Origin: Dicyema japonicum
Taxonomy: Eukaryota; Animalia; Dicyemida
Reading direction: 5' to 3'
DNA: 64,000 nt
Assembly (NCBI GenBank): GCA_011109175.1
Contig: RDEW01000048.1
Coordinates: 85,445-149,444, forward strand
Part shown: positions 11,551 to 25,299 of the stretch, one piece after another
How the letters are laid out: each line of letters opens with the position of its first letter
Numbering within the stretch: the stretch's first letter is position 1
Position numbers and translations under genes: made by a program
Notes under the pieces: generated by a model
The model's database searches: none
What the model saw: only the letters and a program-made list of their open reading frames with translations
Told to the model about the DNA's origin: nothing

Positions 11551-11649
11551 TTTACTAATGTTAACTAGATTCTGTTCGTTGGCTTTATTGTTGTAAAATT
11601 AAATTTTTAATTTTATTTAAAAAATAGATTTATAGTGCAAAGCCATAAC

Positions 11650-11830
11650 TTTTCGATGGCTCAGAGTAATAAGCTCCCGACCAAAATCATGAGGTCCTCG
11701 GTTCGAATATCGTTCCACGCATCTAAGATGCTTTGGAGTCATCAGTGTTTTAACACTGCGGAACTGGATTGTCTCCTGGAACTCACACACAAACAAAAAG
11801 AATAGAACTAAAAGTCAAGAACCCTTTTCA
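11650..11830 (+). mobile_element. SINE family A, partial diverged copy
   Basis: GATGGCTCAGAG A box, GGTTCGAATATC B box, CACTGCGGAACTGGATTGTC body. Confidence 0.6.
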
Positions 11831-11904
11831 ATGTCTTGGATATTGATTGATTATCATTACTAGGCCAACCAATTGCAATAAATTACAATTAAATCTAATT
11901 TAAA

Positions 11905-14570
11905 AGTCGGATCCGATTGCACGCTACTCGTTGTGGTCGTTGTGGTGTTAAGAGAAAAGAAAGGAAAACCAGAAAAAGAACATGCAGAAAAATGCAAAAG
12001 AAGATGAGATCTGCAAAAAATGCAACATAGTGAATAAAAGAAAGCGGATGATCCATTGCACGGCTTGTTCGTGTGGCTTCCATAGGTCCAGTGCCGGAAT
12101 GACTAAAAGAGCCCTGGCTGTCATTTCCGATTGGCACTGTCGGTCATGTATCCTACCAGATAATACGATATACTCGGCCCTACACTATCCTTTTGAACAT
12201 GCACCACTAGACCAGTGGTTCTCAAACTTTTTAAACAAAAAGACGTCGCGGTCCTTTTATTTTTTAATTGCTTGTGGTCCTTCATTAAATTAGTGAATGA
12301 ACATTTTAATAAAAACAAAAATTAGTGCAAATTTAAAGAATGATAATTAATGAGATGGATTCACTTGTTTGGCCATCACCAGTTTTTCTAAGTCGGGTTT
12401 TGTTTTGGACAATGCAACCCTCATGTCATTTGACACATCCAATCTATTGCGGAATTTTGATTTGATGGTAAGTAGTGCTGAAAAAGCTGTCTCACACTCA
12501 TATGTAGTTGCAAATGGAATAAGAAGTGCCATCTTTGCCAATTCTGAATAGGAATCAGCCATTTGAATCCAAAAAATCGCTTTGGGAAACTTCGTTGAAA
12601 ACATGATTTGCATCATTAAACAAATCGATAAATTGTTCCTGAATGGTTTTCAGAAGGGATATCCTTAACTGAAATTGCAAATGGGTTGCTGAGAAAACGA
12701 TAGTATTTATCAGGAAAATATCTAAAAATTTATAAATATCGAAAAAATACCTAGAAATTTCTCTACTAATAAATAATATATGTTGTTTCATCACATCAAT
12801 GCTGTAGTTATCTATGCAAAGTTCATTTTCATCAATAAATATAATTAGATGTGGAAATGGCGCAAAGTTGCATTAAGACTCCTGATTAGGATTCCCTAAG
12901 CTGCCCGTATATCTGTCGCGGACTGCCTATGTGATTGTATTGAAAGGCAGTCTCTTCGGACGACTCTGAGGATTGGGTACAATTATTTTGCTTAGCTCCA
13001 TTCACACTATGCATACCCCATAGGAGGGGAAAGAAGAAAATCACTTACGTCATTAATAAAGAAAATGTCCACAAATTTTTCTCAAGGAACCTATTGGCAG
13101 ACTTCGAAAAGCTCACCTACAAATCCCAAAACCATGAGAAGCCAACATCGACAATCTCGGACACTCGGAGATTAAGAAGTGCGATCCGTCGAAATTTTTC
13201 GGAAGATGGAATCCGTGCTGCCGTGAGGATCATCGTATAATTGAGCCATCTGAACAGTCCTTCGCATCACTTGTTGAACAAAACCTAAGTCTCCCTAACG
13301 ACCACCGGATTCCTCCTTGCCCAGAACAATTACCAAATCTACTTGTCTCTGAAGAGACGTAAAAGATGGGATTCTCTCTTTCGTCCCGAGCAGCAGTGGA
13401 GGACTAGATGGACTCCGTCCGGGTCACCTTAAAGACCCCATTGTTCATAACACGGGCAAATCTGGGGTCCGGCTCGTGTTGGCTATCACCAAACTAATGA
13501 ACAGGATGCTATCAAGGACACTACCAAAAACAATTCGACACGTAATGTTCAACGCCAATTTAATCGCATTCGACAAGAGGAGAGGGGGAATACACCCTAT
13601 TGCTGTCGGCTTGGTTTTTCGTCGGTTGGCCTCAAGCTTCTATTCTGCCTACGTTATAACAGCTACAACCGACCCAAATAGGGTCGACAAACCAGGGGAT
13701 TGTGAAGCAGCAGTTCATGCTGTCCGAACATTCACCGAAAAGAACGAGAACATTCCTCACGTAATCATCAAAATTGACATTGAAAATGCCTTCAACTCGA
13801 TACGACGTGATACAAATCTGAGGATTGCTTCCTGAGCAGAAAGACCGTTACAGGACCAATCTGCGAGAATAAATATGAGAGGCTTCTGAATCAATCTAAC
13901 CAACACAGACGTGCCTGTCTAGTCACTGGAAGATGCGAATGTAGTGCTTGGATCAATGCACTCCCCGTTGGTAGTGTCGGGACCCACCTTGACGACGATA
14001 CTGTCCGCATCGGCATCTCCACCAGACTTAGACAGGAGATTTGTCGGAATCACAAATGTCAGTATGGCGCCACCATCGATTGTAATGGACACCATGCCCT
14101 CTCGTGTTGAAGATTCCCAAGGCACAAGGCGATCAACGGAATTTTCAAGCGAGCCCTGAAGTCTGCGAAATACCCCGCATACTTGAAACCTGTTGGCCTG
14201 GACAGAAAAGACGGAAAACGTCCCGACGGGATCACAATTTTCCTATTCGAAGAGGGGAAACCTTTGGTCTTGGACGCTACTTGTGTCGACTTACTTTGTT
14301 TGTCCAACATTGTCGGGAGCGCGGTCGACACACTGTATGCCGCGGAAAAAACGATGAGGGCAAAGGAGAAGAAATACGAAGCGCTATCCCTTTGTAGTCG
14401 AGACAACTGAAGAGAACTGGAGGAATAAGTGGAATAGCTACACTAAAAAGCCACGACGCACGTGAGACCTGGTGGTTCGCAAGTTGATCTCTGTTGAAAT
14501 CGTGAGAGGCAAAGAAACGTCGATAATGTCTGCTGGGTCCAGTTTGGATGATTGGCTGTGTTAATTTAAT
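11905..14570 (+). mobile_element. Degenerate CRE-clade retrotransposon (PHD, RT pieces, RLE) interrupted by a hAT fragment
   Basis: PHD CKKC..HCTAC..FH..WHCRSC; GGIHPIAVGLVFRRLAS; CEAAVHAVR; IDIENAFNSIRRD; DGKRPDGITIF..LDATCVD; C-terminal ISVEIVRG. Confidence 0.85.
12213..12830 (-). mobile_element. hAT (Buster/Charlie) transposon 3' part with one TIR
   Basis: hATC dimerization region PFATTYECETAFSAL..IKSKFRNRLDVSNDMRVALS; terminus CAGTGGTTCTCAAAC preceded by 8-bp CACTAGAC with a central TA. Confidence 0.85.
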
Positions 14571-14964
14571 TTGTTTTTTGCTTTATTTAATAAAAGTTCG
14601 AGTTATATTTTTTCAATTTAAATTTGCAAATTTTTGCAATTTTTGCAATTTTTTGCAATTATTTTCAAATAAAAATTAATTAAAAAGGTGCTAATTGTTT
14701 GTTGTATGGGTGCTATTTAACAGAATCTTCCAAAAATTATAAAAATTTTCTCTGAATTTAAAGGAGATGAAATTTAATATAAAGTGTTTCGATTTTAATT
14801 ATTTTAGGCCAGTTTTCAAGTTTAACCGAAATCAGTTCAAACTATTTGGTTTTAATTAAAATGATTTCAAATACCTAACTACTCGTTTATTCAATTGAAA
14901 AATTTTATGACGATCTGAACAGCATAGAATTTTCATCAGATCGGTGCAATATAAAAATTTTACG

Positions 14965-15065
14965 TGCGGACGAGGTGGCTCATTGAGCGCATTTCCTTGC
15001 AAATCGTCAGGAGAAATGCGTTCTCAATTATGAGAACACTGAATGTGGAGTATGCAACGACGTGA
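14965..15065 (+). mobile_element. CRE 3' end relic inserted in the dispersed repeat
   Basis: Encodes TRWLIERISLQIVRRNAFSIMRTL. Confidence 0.65.
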
Positions 15066-15604
15066 ACACGCATATAAAGGCAATAGGGGTTGGCCCCAAG
15101 AAAAAAAGATTGAGTTAGACGGGCGTTATTAAAGAATTACTTTTACTTATTGTTTGATAAATAAATATATATAAAATCATGTATCAAAAAGGCTTCAGAA
15201 ATCTGGGATACTAAGTATTCTTGAATTATTAAATAAAAATCTTTCGCCAGAAATTTACTCATACCTTCGCAATTGTTGCTGAAGGTCAGTTTCAGTTGAA
15301 AGGGCGATATCTCTTTTGACGAAAATTCTTACCAAAAATCGAAATTTTAAACCTGAAAATGTTTAGGAATATTTAATTTCGTATAACAATAAATAACTTC
15401 ATTTATTTTTCCATAATGCAATTGTTTACAATTAAAAAAATTTTTTTGAAATTTTTATTTTAAAAAATTGCAATTTTCTGGTTCCCTAATCATTACTGTT
15501 CTTACTTCTTAAAATAAAGTGCGAGTTCTGCTTAAAGTAATAAATAATAATAAAAAGATTATCTAATCATTGTTATTTAACGTAAAAATTAACTGTTAAC
15601 AACT

Positions 15605-15720
15605 ACTGGTGATCTCGTAATTGAGAACCCATTTCCCCTGCCGATGTGCAAAGAAATGCGCTCAATGGGCCAGCTTTTTTCTCTCCTAGCATTTTTTCCT
15701 CGCGATGAGCGATCCAATTC
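15605..15720 (-). mobile_element. CRE 3' end relic
   Basis: Minus strand encodes WPIERISLHIGRGNGFSI. Confidence 0.6.
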
Positions 15721-15799
15721 TGTTTAGCTGGACCAGTGACCTGTCTCCTATGATTACTGAATTAAAATTACATGCTTCAAATAAACGTGAAAATTATCA

Positions 15800-16430
15800 A
15801 TTATTTCTATTATTAATAGAAGCAATGACTAATTCTCTTATTTTTTTAATTTCCAAATTAAAAGTCTGATATTGGTGCACCCGAAGATGTTTATTATAAA
15901 ACTACAGGTTTCCGTTGTCTTGAGTTCATCAAGAAGAAGGACAAAATTTACCTTGAGGAGATGAGGACATTAAATTGAAGAGCACCATTGAGATAATTTC
16001 CTAATATTTTTTCCTAATGAAGCAAAGCACTATGGCTTAGGTTTGCCATAAGGAATAATTTGGAATCCACTATATTCCGATTCTGGAGTATTAACAACAG
16101 GATTGGTGTTCTACAAATAAAAAGTGATTTTTGCCCCTCTAAGAATCAGCTAGTAATTATAAACATGTGTAAGTTTATGTTTCCGAGTTTTTAAGTAAAA
16201 AGTGTAAAAGGGATCGTGGGGTTTTCACGGCAAGAAGAACAAATTTTTATAATTGAAAGTCAGCATAATTCCGACTTATCAATGTCTATGGCCTTCACAA
16301 CGACTGAACAGACGCTGCCTGCATTCCGTGGGAGGTTGAGTACATCCACATCGATTTCCTCAGCAGAAATTAGTGGAGACGCTTTTAGAAGGCGGTTGAA
16401 TGATTGGTGGTTAACTCGAAAAAAATCCAT
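15800..16430 (-). pseudogene. Unknown multi-exon gene X, copy a (stops and eroded splice sites)
   Basis: MDFFRVNHQ..EEIDVDVLNLPRNAGSVCSVVVKAIDID; paralog at 17880-18982; in-frame stops. Confidence 0.5.
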
Positions 16431-16697
16431 AGTTACTATAAATTAAAATTACTTAATTAGTTTGATTTGAAACTTTCTGTTTGTGACTTTGGGATTTTTT
16501 AAATAAAAAATAAATTAATCTTTTTATAATAGAGAGGTGAAACTCCATGTTGAGTAATTGATTACAAAATCTAAAGTTTGGTTACATTTGTTCTAATAAC
16601 TAAACTAGTAGTCATTGAAAATAGATTTTCTCCAATTAATTAAAAAACAAATAATCAATATTTTACTATGTGCGATTTTTTACTATTCGGCGATCAA

Positions 16698-17319
16698 TCA
16701 TTTTATTAATTTGTAAAAAACAAAATGTATATCTGATGTTATATTTTTTTGAGATTGTTCATAAATATTTCGTAATTCTTCATACATTCTTTTTAACTCT
16801 TCGTCATATTTTAATCCTACGCTATTATATAATTTTTACCCCCGGCATAAAGATGTGTCAATAATTCCGCATATTTATAGTGTGCGGAATAGCTTTGAAA
16901 AACTCTAGCAGGATGGTCTGGTTCTGATATCAAATGTATTAACGACTGGATGAACGTTACCATGGTTATTACACCATGTCTAAGAGTTAAAATCATATCA
17001 TACTGTTCACTCGCATATTCAATGCACGTGAATCCTGTAGATCTTATATTAGGGTGAAAAATCGGAGTTATAAAATTCAACTAAATTCTAATAAATAAAT
17101 TTACTCTGGGTAAAACTAATGGATAACATCTTGGAATCTCCAAAGTTATTTTAAATATTCCGCCTTCATAAGGAGAATTGATGGGACCATCAATTTCAAA
17201 ATCAAATTTTCGTGACTCAAAATTCGCAGATTCGAGTCTTATGCCATCAACCTACGTATAAGAATAATTAATACTTGTTTCATTTTCAATTGCTTGACTT
17301 CATTCACGAGTGTTCTCAT
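16698..17319 (-). CDS. Divergent ubiquitin-conjugating enzyme (E2/UBC), copy 1, four micro-introns
   Basis: RTLVNEVKQL..|..EIDGPINSPYEGGIFKITLEIPRCYPLVLPR|LNFITPIFHPNIRSTGFTC. HPN and the catalytic-position Cys are kept. The start codon is uncertain. Confidence 0.75.
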
Positions 17320-17879
17320 AGTTTTAGCTTCTACATTAAACCTAATTCATATTACGAATTATTCATTTCGACGCCATTGTATTTATATGCGGCTTTTTAT
17401 TATCACGTTTTTCAATGTAAACGTGATAATTAGGGCGATTTTTGTCATGTCAAAATTTACTATTTTAAGACAATAAAGTCACAATTTTTATTGATTTATA
17501 TTTTTAAATACACAAATATATGATATCACGTTAATGAAAAAGTATTGAAAGTTTTAAATAATAATTTATATGACTTGAGTTCTAAACCTTAAAAATTGTT
17601 TTCTAAAAATCAGAGATATTTTAAAGGCGTTGATCTTATTTTTTTATAAAAAATAGAAAAAGTTATTGAAATTGGTTCTACTACAAAATATTCTTAACAG
17701 AAGTGGGTCAAATTTCGAATTTATAAAGTCAAAAAACAAAATCCTTTATAAATCAATCGATTATTTATAATTAATAATGTTGATATTAAACTTATATATG
17801 TGAATTTTAAATAATGTATTAAGTGTCGGCGAATGAAAAAATATGAAATCTCTTTAAGGAATATATGAAATCTCAGTTT

Positions 17880-18982
17880 CAGACATTCCTTTATGTTTAT
17901 TTATTAGAATTACTTCTTTAAAATAAACGTGACATTTTTAAATTTTCAATTATTTCTATTTATTAAAAGCCTTCTAGAAGCAATGACTAATAATTCCTTT
18001 ATCTATAATTTCTAAATTCAAAACCTGATATTGTTGCATTCGACCTAAGGAAATGAGGAGATGAGGACATTAAGTATGCTAAAGATTATCCGTAATGCAC
18101 CAGAATTAATTTAGCAGCTTAACCTTTTGATCAGTTGGCCACACGGTAAACTGGCTTGTTTCGCTTTCAGAAGACTAAATTTACAAATGCATTTGAAGAG
18201 CACCTTTGAGATATCACCAAATCTTCCTTTCTACTGAAGCAAAGTACTATGGCTTGGAGTTTGTCATAAAGAATAATTTGGAATCCACTATATTAAGATT
18301 CTGGAGACTTAAAAACAGTTGACGTTTCTACGTTCTCATCGGTATATTGTGAACATGAACATTCTTGTGGATTTTAACCGGGGGTCAAAAAGATAGATAG
18401 ACCGGATTGAACATATAGAGAGCTTGAAATACGATAGAAAATATCACGAAGCTGTATGGCTATTATAGGGTCGTTTTTATAGATTTCAATAACTCTCTAT
18501 AAGGAGGGAGACGTATGGCGATAAAATGAGCTATCGGAATTAAACATATAATTTCAAGAAGTTAGGGTTATCCCATTTATTTCTGAAGGGCGAGATCTGA
18601 TGGAGACAATAACCTCAAATAAATTCAACTGGAATTTAAACGAATAAAGATTGGAAAAAAACCTGGTCCAGATTGACTTAAGAAAATTTTTTAAATTTGG
18701 AACGAAAGGTGCCTGAACAGAATAAGTTTGGTTTCCGAATTTTTTTTGTAAATAGTTTTGGAGAGATCCTGAGGTTTCCACGGCAGGAGGAACAAAGTTA
18801 CATCACTGAAAGTAAGCATACTTACGACTCATCAATGTCTATGGCCTTTCCACGACTGAACAGGCTCTGCCTGCATTCTGTTGGAGGTTGAGTACATCCA
18901 CATCGATTTCCTTAGCAGAAATTGGAGAAAATACTCCCGGAAGGCGGAGAAATTAGTGATGGTTAACTCGAAAAGAATCCAT
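17880..18982 (-). pseudogene. Unknown gene X, copy b (early stop, internal insertion)
   Basis: Nucleotide homology to 15760-16440; TAA at codon 10. Confidence 0.5.
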
Positions 18983-19339
18983 AGTTACTATAAATTAGGA
19001 TCACGTGAAATGCATCAACTTTCTAGTCATGGAGTCAGCTACTAAATTATCCGATTTCTAAGATGGAATTGAACTCTATGGTAAACCTAAGATATTGTCT
19101 GACATGAGTAACACAAATACGGAAGATGCATTAATGATATCCAACCCTCTTCCATAAATGTTACGTCATACTAGAACAACGTTGGCGATACCCAACTAAT
19201 TAACAGGGAAAATCATATTCTACAAAGACCAACTTTGAACGTTCCAGAAATGAAAATCGTTCTGCGTCTTACAGTTAAAGTTTAAGACTAAAACCAGTTT
19301 TATTAACAAATTTTCTAGCGTGGATGAGGTTCACTTTGG

Positions 19340-20460
19340 CGGTGGAAAGAACCGTTCTACGACCTTCTGAAAAGTGACTACAAATTTTCCCGTTTTCTCT
19401 TCGTTACTTCTAACTGGTGATATAGAACCTAATCCAGGCCCTGATTCTACTCTGATCATTCTAAAATTAAACGTCAATGGAATCCGCAATAAAATCTTGG
19501 ATCTATGTTCCATCTTAGCTCACTCGAAAGTGGGCATCGCCTCATTCAGGAATCAAAATTCTCTAGAACATCTTCAACCCCTTGTTTCCAAGTCATTGTG
19601 TGCATCGCAAGGACCGGGAAAGAAATCTCGGAAGATGATTATTGACAATCTTTAAGGAGGGAATTATATTTACGGACGTCACCCCATTTGTATCTTCACT
19701 ATGCAAAGGGGATTTTATTCTTGAACAGATTTCTATGAAGTATCCTTTTCTCCGACGAGATGTTTTATATCTCATGTCTATATCTCAATTCGGGGGTCAT
19801 GTACGACTTCCTATATTCCCAACCTATCGAGATTATGTGGACTAAAGGATTTGTTACTATGTGGAGACATAAACGGCAAACATCCACTCTGGCTCCAGTC
19901 ACAATCAGCCGACAATCGATGAGAGTACATTTTATCTCAACTTGTCAAATTAACTATTATCAAAACACGGATATCCATACTAGGACTCCAATCCGAAGAA
20001 TGGATAGTCCAACCTCTCCATACAGATCATTGTGTACTCCTTCTCTTGGTGAATATCTTTCGTTGGATGTTCGATATGGTTTTTCAAGCGACCATAACCC
20101 AATTGTGCTAAGACTAAGACATATCTACTTCTCAAGATGTTCTACAAAGTTACCCAACTATTCGAAGGAGGACTGGTTTTGTTTTAGTACGTATGTGGAA
20201 AACAGTTTATATGGTTTCGTTGTTTAAAATTTTTCGATCCTCAAGGCAGCCAAGATATTGACTTCAGTAAGTTTGAAAGCCAATAAGATGTTCATCCCTT
20301 CATGATCTTAAAAGAATTGTAATCCGAGGCTATCGATACACGTACAGGCACTTATCCAAATACGGAATGCCTTAAATAAAACTTGAATGCAATTTGAGGA
20401 CTCTGCACCTTCTTTACGTTTCCTCAATTCCTTATTCGTGTTAACAACACAACAAATGGA
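19340..20460 (+). mobile_element. Degenerate APE-type LINE 5' portion carrying a 2A-like peptide
   Basis: LLLTGDIEPNPGP followed by the APE start LNVNGIRNK and the APE end SDHNPI; many frameshifts. Confidence 0.75.
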
Positions 20461-20640
20461 GCCGTCTCATTGGACAACTTCTATTCTATTTCCGTATTTA
20501 AAAAGTATTTTCAAGTTTTTCAATTTGATTTATCGAGTCTGCATACTCAATTTGCTTTAATCTTTTCGAATTCAGTGCTATCTCCATCTTCTTTCAGAGC
20601 TTTTTACAAACTTGACTTGGATTTTTTCCAAGAATTCTTC

Positions 20641-22777
20641 GGTAACCGGTAAATTCACCGCTGGTAAATTCATCCGGTAAATTCATCGCGGTAAATTCAT
20701 CGCGAGGTAAATTCATCCCAGTTAAATCAAGGAACCACGTGGGCGGGTTTCTAGATAGAAGAGGTCGAAATTTTGATTTTTTATATTATAGTTAAATTGC
20801 GACTTTGGAGGTTATTCGGCGATAGGAGTCACGTATCCGTGACGGTAGGACCTATGAAAATTGAAGAGAGAGGACCTATTTTTTCACCTCTCTTCAGAAG
20901 TTGACGTATGCCTGCCATGTATTATTGGGGGGATCAATTTAGTTGTCACAAGCAGACGTTCTCTTTTGCGTTCCCTCCTTGGATTAATTACCAATGACTG
21001 TTTTTGCTAGGCTTACCAAAGATTGTACGCCTGTGGCTTACAAATAATAAAATAAATAACTCTGTCAGTATTCATCTATATACGACGATTGAAACATAAA
21101 ATTGTCAGTTTTCTTTAGTGCTGAGGACAGTATTCATCTCTATCTTAAACACAAGAGTAATGGTTGCATGTAATTGTGTTTCTTTTAACTGATAAAGTAG
21201 CTTATAATCTGGTGATAATGTCCTTGAATTCTTTTGTAATGTGGTGATAATGCCCTTGAATTCTTTTGTACTTTATCGTCATTATCATAATTGATTACTA
21301 TAAAGTGATATTTTTTCGCTAATTTCTTATATCTTGACAGCATGGCTTTGCAATTTGTAATGAGTGATAGAAATAAGAGAAAACTTTTTGAAGATGGATA
21401 CATTTACTGTTTTGAAAAATTTAATGGCAAAGTCACATTATGGAAATGTGAATCCTACTACAAAATTAAATGTAAAGCGAGAGTACACACCAAGGGAGAC
21501 ATCATTATTAAAAGAGTCAACGAACACAATCATGCTGGTGATGCTGCATATGTCGAATCAAAGAGAATTACTCAAGAAATAAAAAGAAGAGCTCTTGCAT
21601 CACAAGATAATCCACATATTATTACGACTGAAGTGTGTGTGGGTTTGCCACTGGAGGTGTCTGCCCGACTACCCATAGCTTCCTTAATTAAAAGAAACAT
21701 TAGAAATTCAAGAAATACAAAAGATCAAGCTCCTCCTAATCCACTTAACATAGACCAGTTAAGAATACCTCCAGAATACAGATACTCTTATGCCAATGAA
21801 CTTTTTCTATTGTTTGATAGTGAAGACTGTTAAAACAATAATTTTTACAACGAGAAAAAATCTGAATTTGCTTTTCACTACAAACTTTTGGTATGCGGAT
21901 GGTACTTTAAGACAGTCCCATATTTGTTTAATCAATTATATACATTCATGACTAGTCATAATTTTGAACATGCGATTACAACAGTTTCCCAGAAGAAGCT
22001 CAACCTGTACTGGATTATGTAGAAGATATTTGGATAGGACGCCGTCAAGTACGTCATTGTCCACGTTTTGCCCATTAATTGTGGAATTGTTTTGAAGCAG
22101 CGAGAGTTGCTGGGCCTAAAACGAATAACTCTTGCGAAGGATGGCATCATTCTTTTAATTCTTTAATTGGAGCGTGTCATCCTACGATTTGGAAGTTTAT
22201 TGATGTTTTGAAGAAAGAACAAGCAAGAAATGAAATTAAAATTGAACAGTATATTGCTGGTGGGGAAGGTCCTACACAAAAGAAAAAATACAGAGATAAT
22301 GCTTTAAGAATTCAACGCATTGTAAATGACTTCGATAATCGCGAAATTCTTGACTATTTAAAAGCATTGCCTATAATTTAGCATTTTAGAAATTAACACA
22401 ATGTTTTTGTTAATAATTGTCATAAACTTGTTTTCTAAAAATTATATTATCATAATTATTCACTTAAAGTTCGACCTTTGTCAATGATCACCAAGATAAT
22501 CAATAATTTTATATCACTTTAACCAATACACACACGTGGTGCACATCATTGATTAAAATTTAACACTATTTGGAGAATGAGGTTTTCAAATTTCTTCTAT
22601 CTTGGGATCTGGCCACGTGACTCATATCGTCAAATTAATCTCCAAAATTACATTTTAATGATAATATAAAAATCAAAATTTCGACCTCTTCTTTCAGGAA
22701 CCCACGTGGTCGCTTGAATTAACAAGCAATGAATTTACCTCGCGATGAAATTACCGGCGATGAATTTACATAGAACC
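20641..22777 (+). mobile_element. Mutator-like (MULE) DNA transposon with a FLYWCH-MULE transposase, internally deleted
   Basis: About 170-200 bp imperfect TIRs with GGTAAATTCATC subrepeats; 9-bp TSD GAATTCTTC/GAATTATTC; FLYWCH (DGYIY..WKCESY..CKARVHT..HNH) and RTNN-type TNNSCEGWHHSFN motifs. Confidence 0.9.
20825..21045 (+). mobile_element. LINE 3' end (family B) nested in the MULE
   Basis: Homolog of 5105-5345. Confidence 0.5.
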
Positions 22778-23732
22778 GAATTATTCATCATTAATCAAAT
22801 TGTCATCGTTTGTAGAAAAGTCATTAAAATCATGTTTATTTTTGGAGCTGGAATTATCTAAGGTTTTACATTTACAAAATTCTATTTAATTAAAAAAATT
22901 TATAAAAACACGTTGCTGGTTAATGGTTGTTGTTGATAAGAACCATCTAAATCCATCGGATTATGCTGACTTCTGTGCCGAATTGAGTAAAGAAAACCCA
23001 AATCGAACTGCCGCCGAGCTTGTCCGATATGTTTCCGACGCGGATGATTCTAGGATTCGTCCTCAGACAAAAAAACACGAAATTTCCGGTTTTACGAGCA
23101 ATAATGTCTTTCTCAACAGCTGATTGTCGAGAACAATGGGTTACCTGGTTATTAAAAGCACGCGCTCTAGACTCTGTTCTGTCCCCAGAGGTGGGTGGGC
23201 TATTCTCTTGGAAGGATTCAAGTCTAAGTTTGGAGAGGAAATAACAATGCCTGAGTTTAGAAAACTGATATACATCCAAAAAACGCCAACAATTACCAAA
23301 CAATTAACATGATTCGAAGGGGACCTCAGCTTCTAAACCTGATATGTCTTCACCGTCCCTAGACCCTAAATTATACGATCACTGGCGACGCACATTTATG
23401 GAACAATTGATAATTGCCGAGCAAATTGAACAAAGATTGAGACCCCGAACAAAAAATTCTTTATGTAAAGATTGACAATAACTTACTGGAATGTTTGAAT
23501 TGTATCATTAGCTAATGGGTTAAAGGTTATGGTTAAAGTTTTATGTTTGAGTATGAGTTATAACGGTATAGTTAGTAATGGATAGGGTTAAGAATAGAAT
23601 AATTTTTTTTATATTTAAAGTTAATTTTCGCTTAGTTTTGTTTTAATTTTTAATAGATTTATCCGATACTAATTATATTAAATTTGCTCTAGTTGTGAAT
23701 AAACCATATTTTGCAAAATTAATTATGACCAC

Positions 23733-25299
23733 TCGGTCCTCTTCTATTTTCCTTGTCTATCGACCATATTGCCCAGGACCGTTGCACTCCACTGAACGTC
23801 TGGTATCTGGACGATTGTATTCTCGGTGGAAGTCCCGATGATATTCTCTCCAAAGTTGCGTCGATCAGAAGCCTGTGTGGAAAAATCGGTCTGGAATTTA
23901 ACAATGAAAAGTGCGAAGCAATTAATCTGAATTTGAGTTCCGATTCATTCTACCTTTTTCATAGAAAACTCTGCGAAATCATCCCAGGGGTTAGGGAGAC
24001 TCATATTGATTCTCTCGACTTCCTTGGGTGTGGGATTTTGGTAAACCGGGTGAGGGAGTTATTGGAAGGCAAGAGGACTAATTTACGTCAATATGCCGAC
24101 AGGATGAGTTTTTTGGATTGTCATGTCGCCTTTTTTATGCTGAAGAATTGTCTCCTTCTCCCAAAACTCCTTTTTATTCTACGGGGATCCCCATGCTACG
24201 CCGAAAAAGACCTTCTATCGTTAATTGATATGGATATCCGGTCAACGATGGGGTCCATTCTTAATGTTTGTTTTGATGATTTCGGATGGTTACAGGCCTC
24301 TCTCCCTGTAGCCTGCGGTGGTTTGGGTCTTTCTCTTCCTTCGGACGTTGCTTTGGGCGCCTATTTATCTTCGTTCGGCTCGTCAAGGCGTTTAGTGGAT
24401 ACGGTCCTTCACTCTACTTCCGGACTAAACGTACCGCTGACGCCGTCGGGAGCCTGGGATGAATGGATGAATTTGTACCTAAATGCTCCGGTCAATTGTG
24501 ATAAGCAAAAGTCCTATTTGTTTTGTGTCTTCGAAAAGAAGAAAGAATCCCTTGAAAAGACGGAAGATGTAAGAAGGCTTGCCTGCCTCAAAACAGCCAG
24601 TTGTCACTCGACGGGGGCCTGGATGAACGCTTTTCCATCTGCCGAAATTGGAAACCTGTTGGATGATGAGGCTGTGAGAATAGCTACCTCGCTTCGTCTT
24701 GGTCTTAAATTGTGTGCCGAAAGAAAATGCCGCTGTGGACGTTGGATCGATCCTTTTGGTTATCATCCCTTGTCATGCAAGATGAGTGCGGGTCGTTTCC
24801 CCAGGCACTCCTGCTTAACATGACATTAAAGAATTCCCTTGCCTCTGCTGGACACCATTGCCTGTTAGAACCTGCTGGTCTTTCTCGAAACGATGGAAAA
24901 CGCCCTGATGGGATGACGACTTTTCCATTCGCCAACGGACGAAACCTGATCTGGGACGCGACGTGTGTTGATACTTATTCCCCGTCTAATTTGGTTGCTT
25001 CTGCTTCAGACCCAGGACATGCTTCAAGCAGGCCGAGGAACGAAAGAGGAGGAAGTACCAGAGAATTTCGGAGGAGTATATTTTGTTCCATTCGCGGTGG
25101 AAACGTCAGGAATCCTTGGCCCCAAGCAGATGAGTTGGTTCGTAAGATCGGCTCCATGATTCAAGCTGTGACCAAGGATCCGCGAGAGACTAGTTGGTTC
25201 CGAGAACGTATCTCGTTGGCTATTGTTAGGGGAAATAGCATGGCCATTCAGATGCCTTAATTTTGAACTCTTTTCATTAATAAAATAGAATAAATATAT
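23733..25299 (+). mobile_element. 5'-truncated CRE-clade retrotransposon with an 11-bp TSD
   Basis: LGPLLFSL..VWYLDD RT, QASLPVACGGLG, CRCG..HPLSC, DGKRPDG..WDATCVD; TSD ATTATGACCAC at 23722-23732 and 25300-25310. Confidence 0.9.

Noticed and set aside
22920-23460. 5' continuation of the CRE at 23733
   Set aside because: The TSD bounds the CRE at 23733. This upstream coding-like DNA is a separate unidentified relic, possibly gag-like near 23330-23450.
23515-23595. Telomeric repeats (GGTTA-like tract; also TTAGGGTTAGG at 5587)
   Set aside because: Too short and degenerate; more like the subterminal tracts of DNA transposons or chance.
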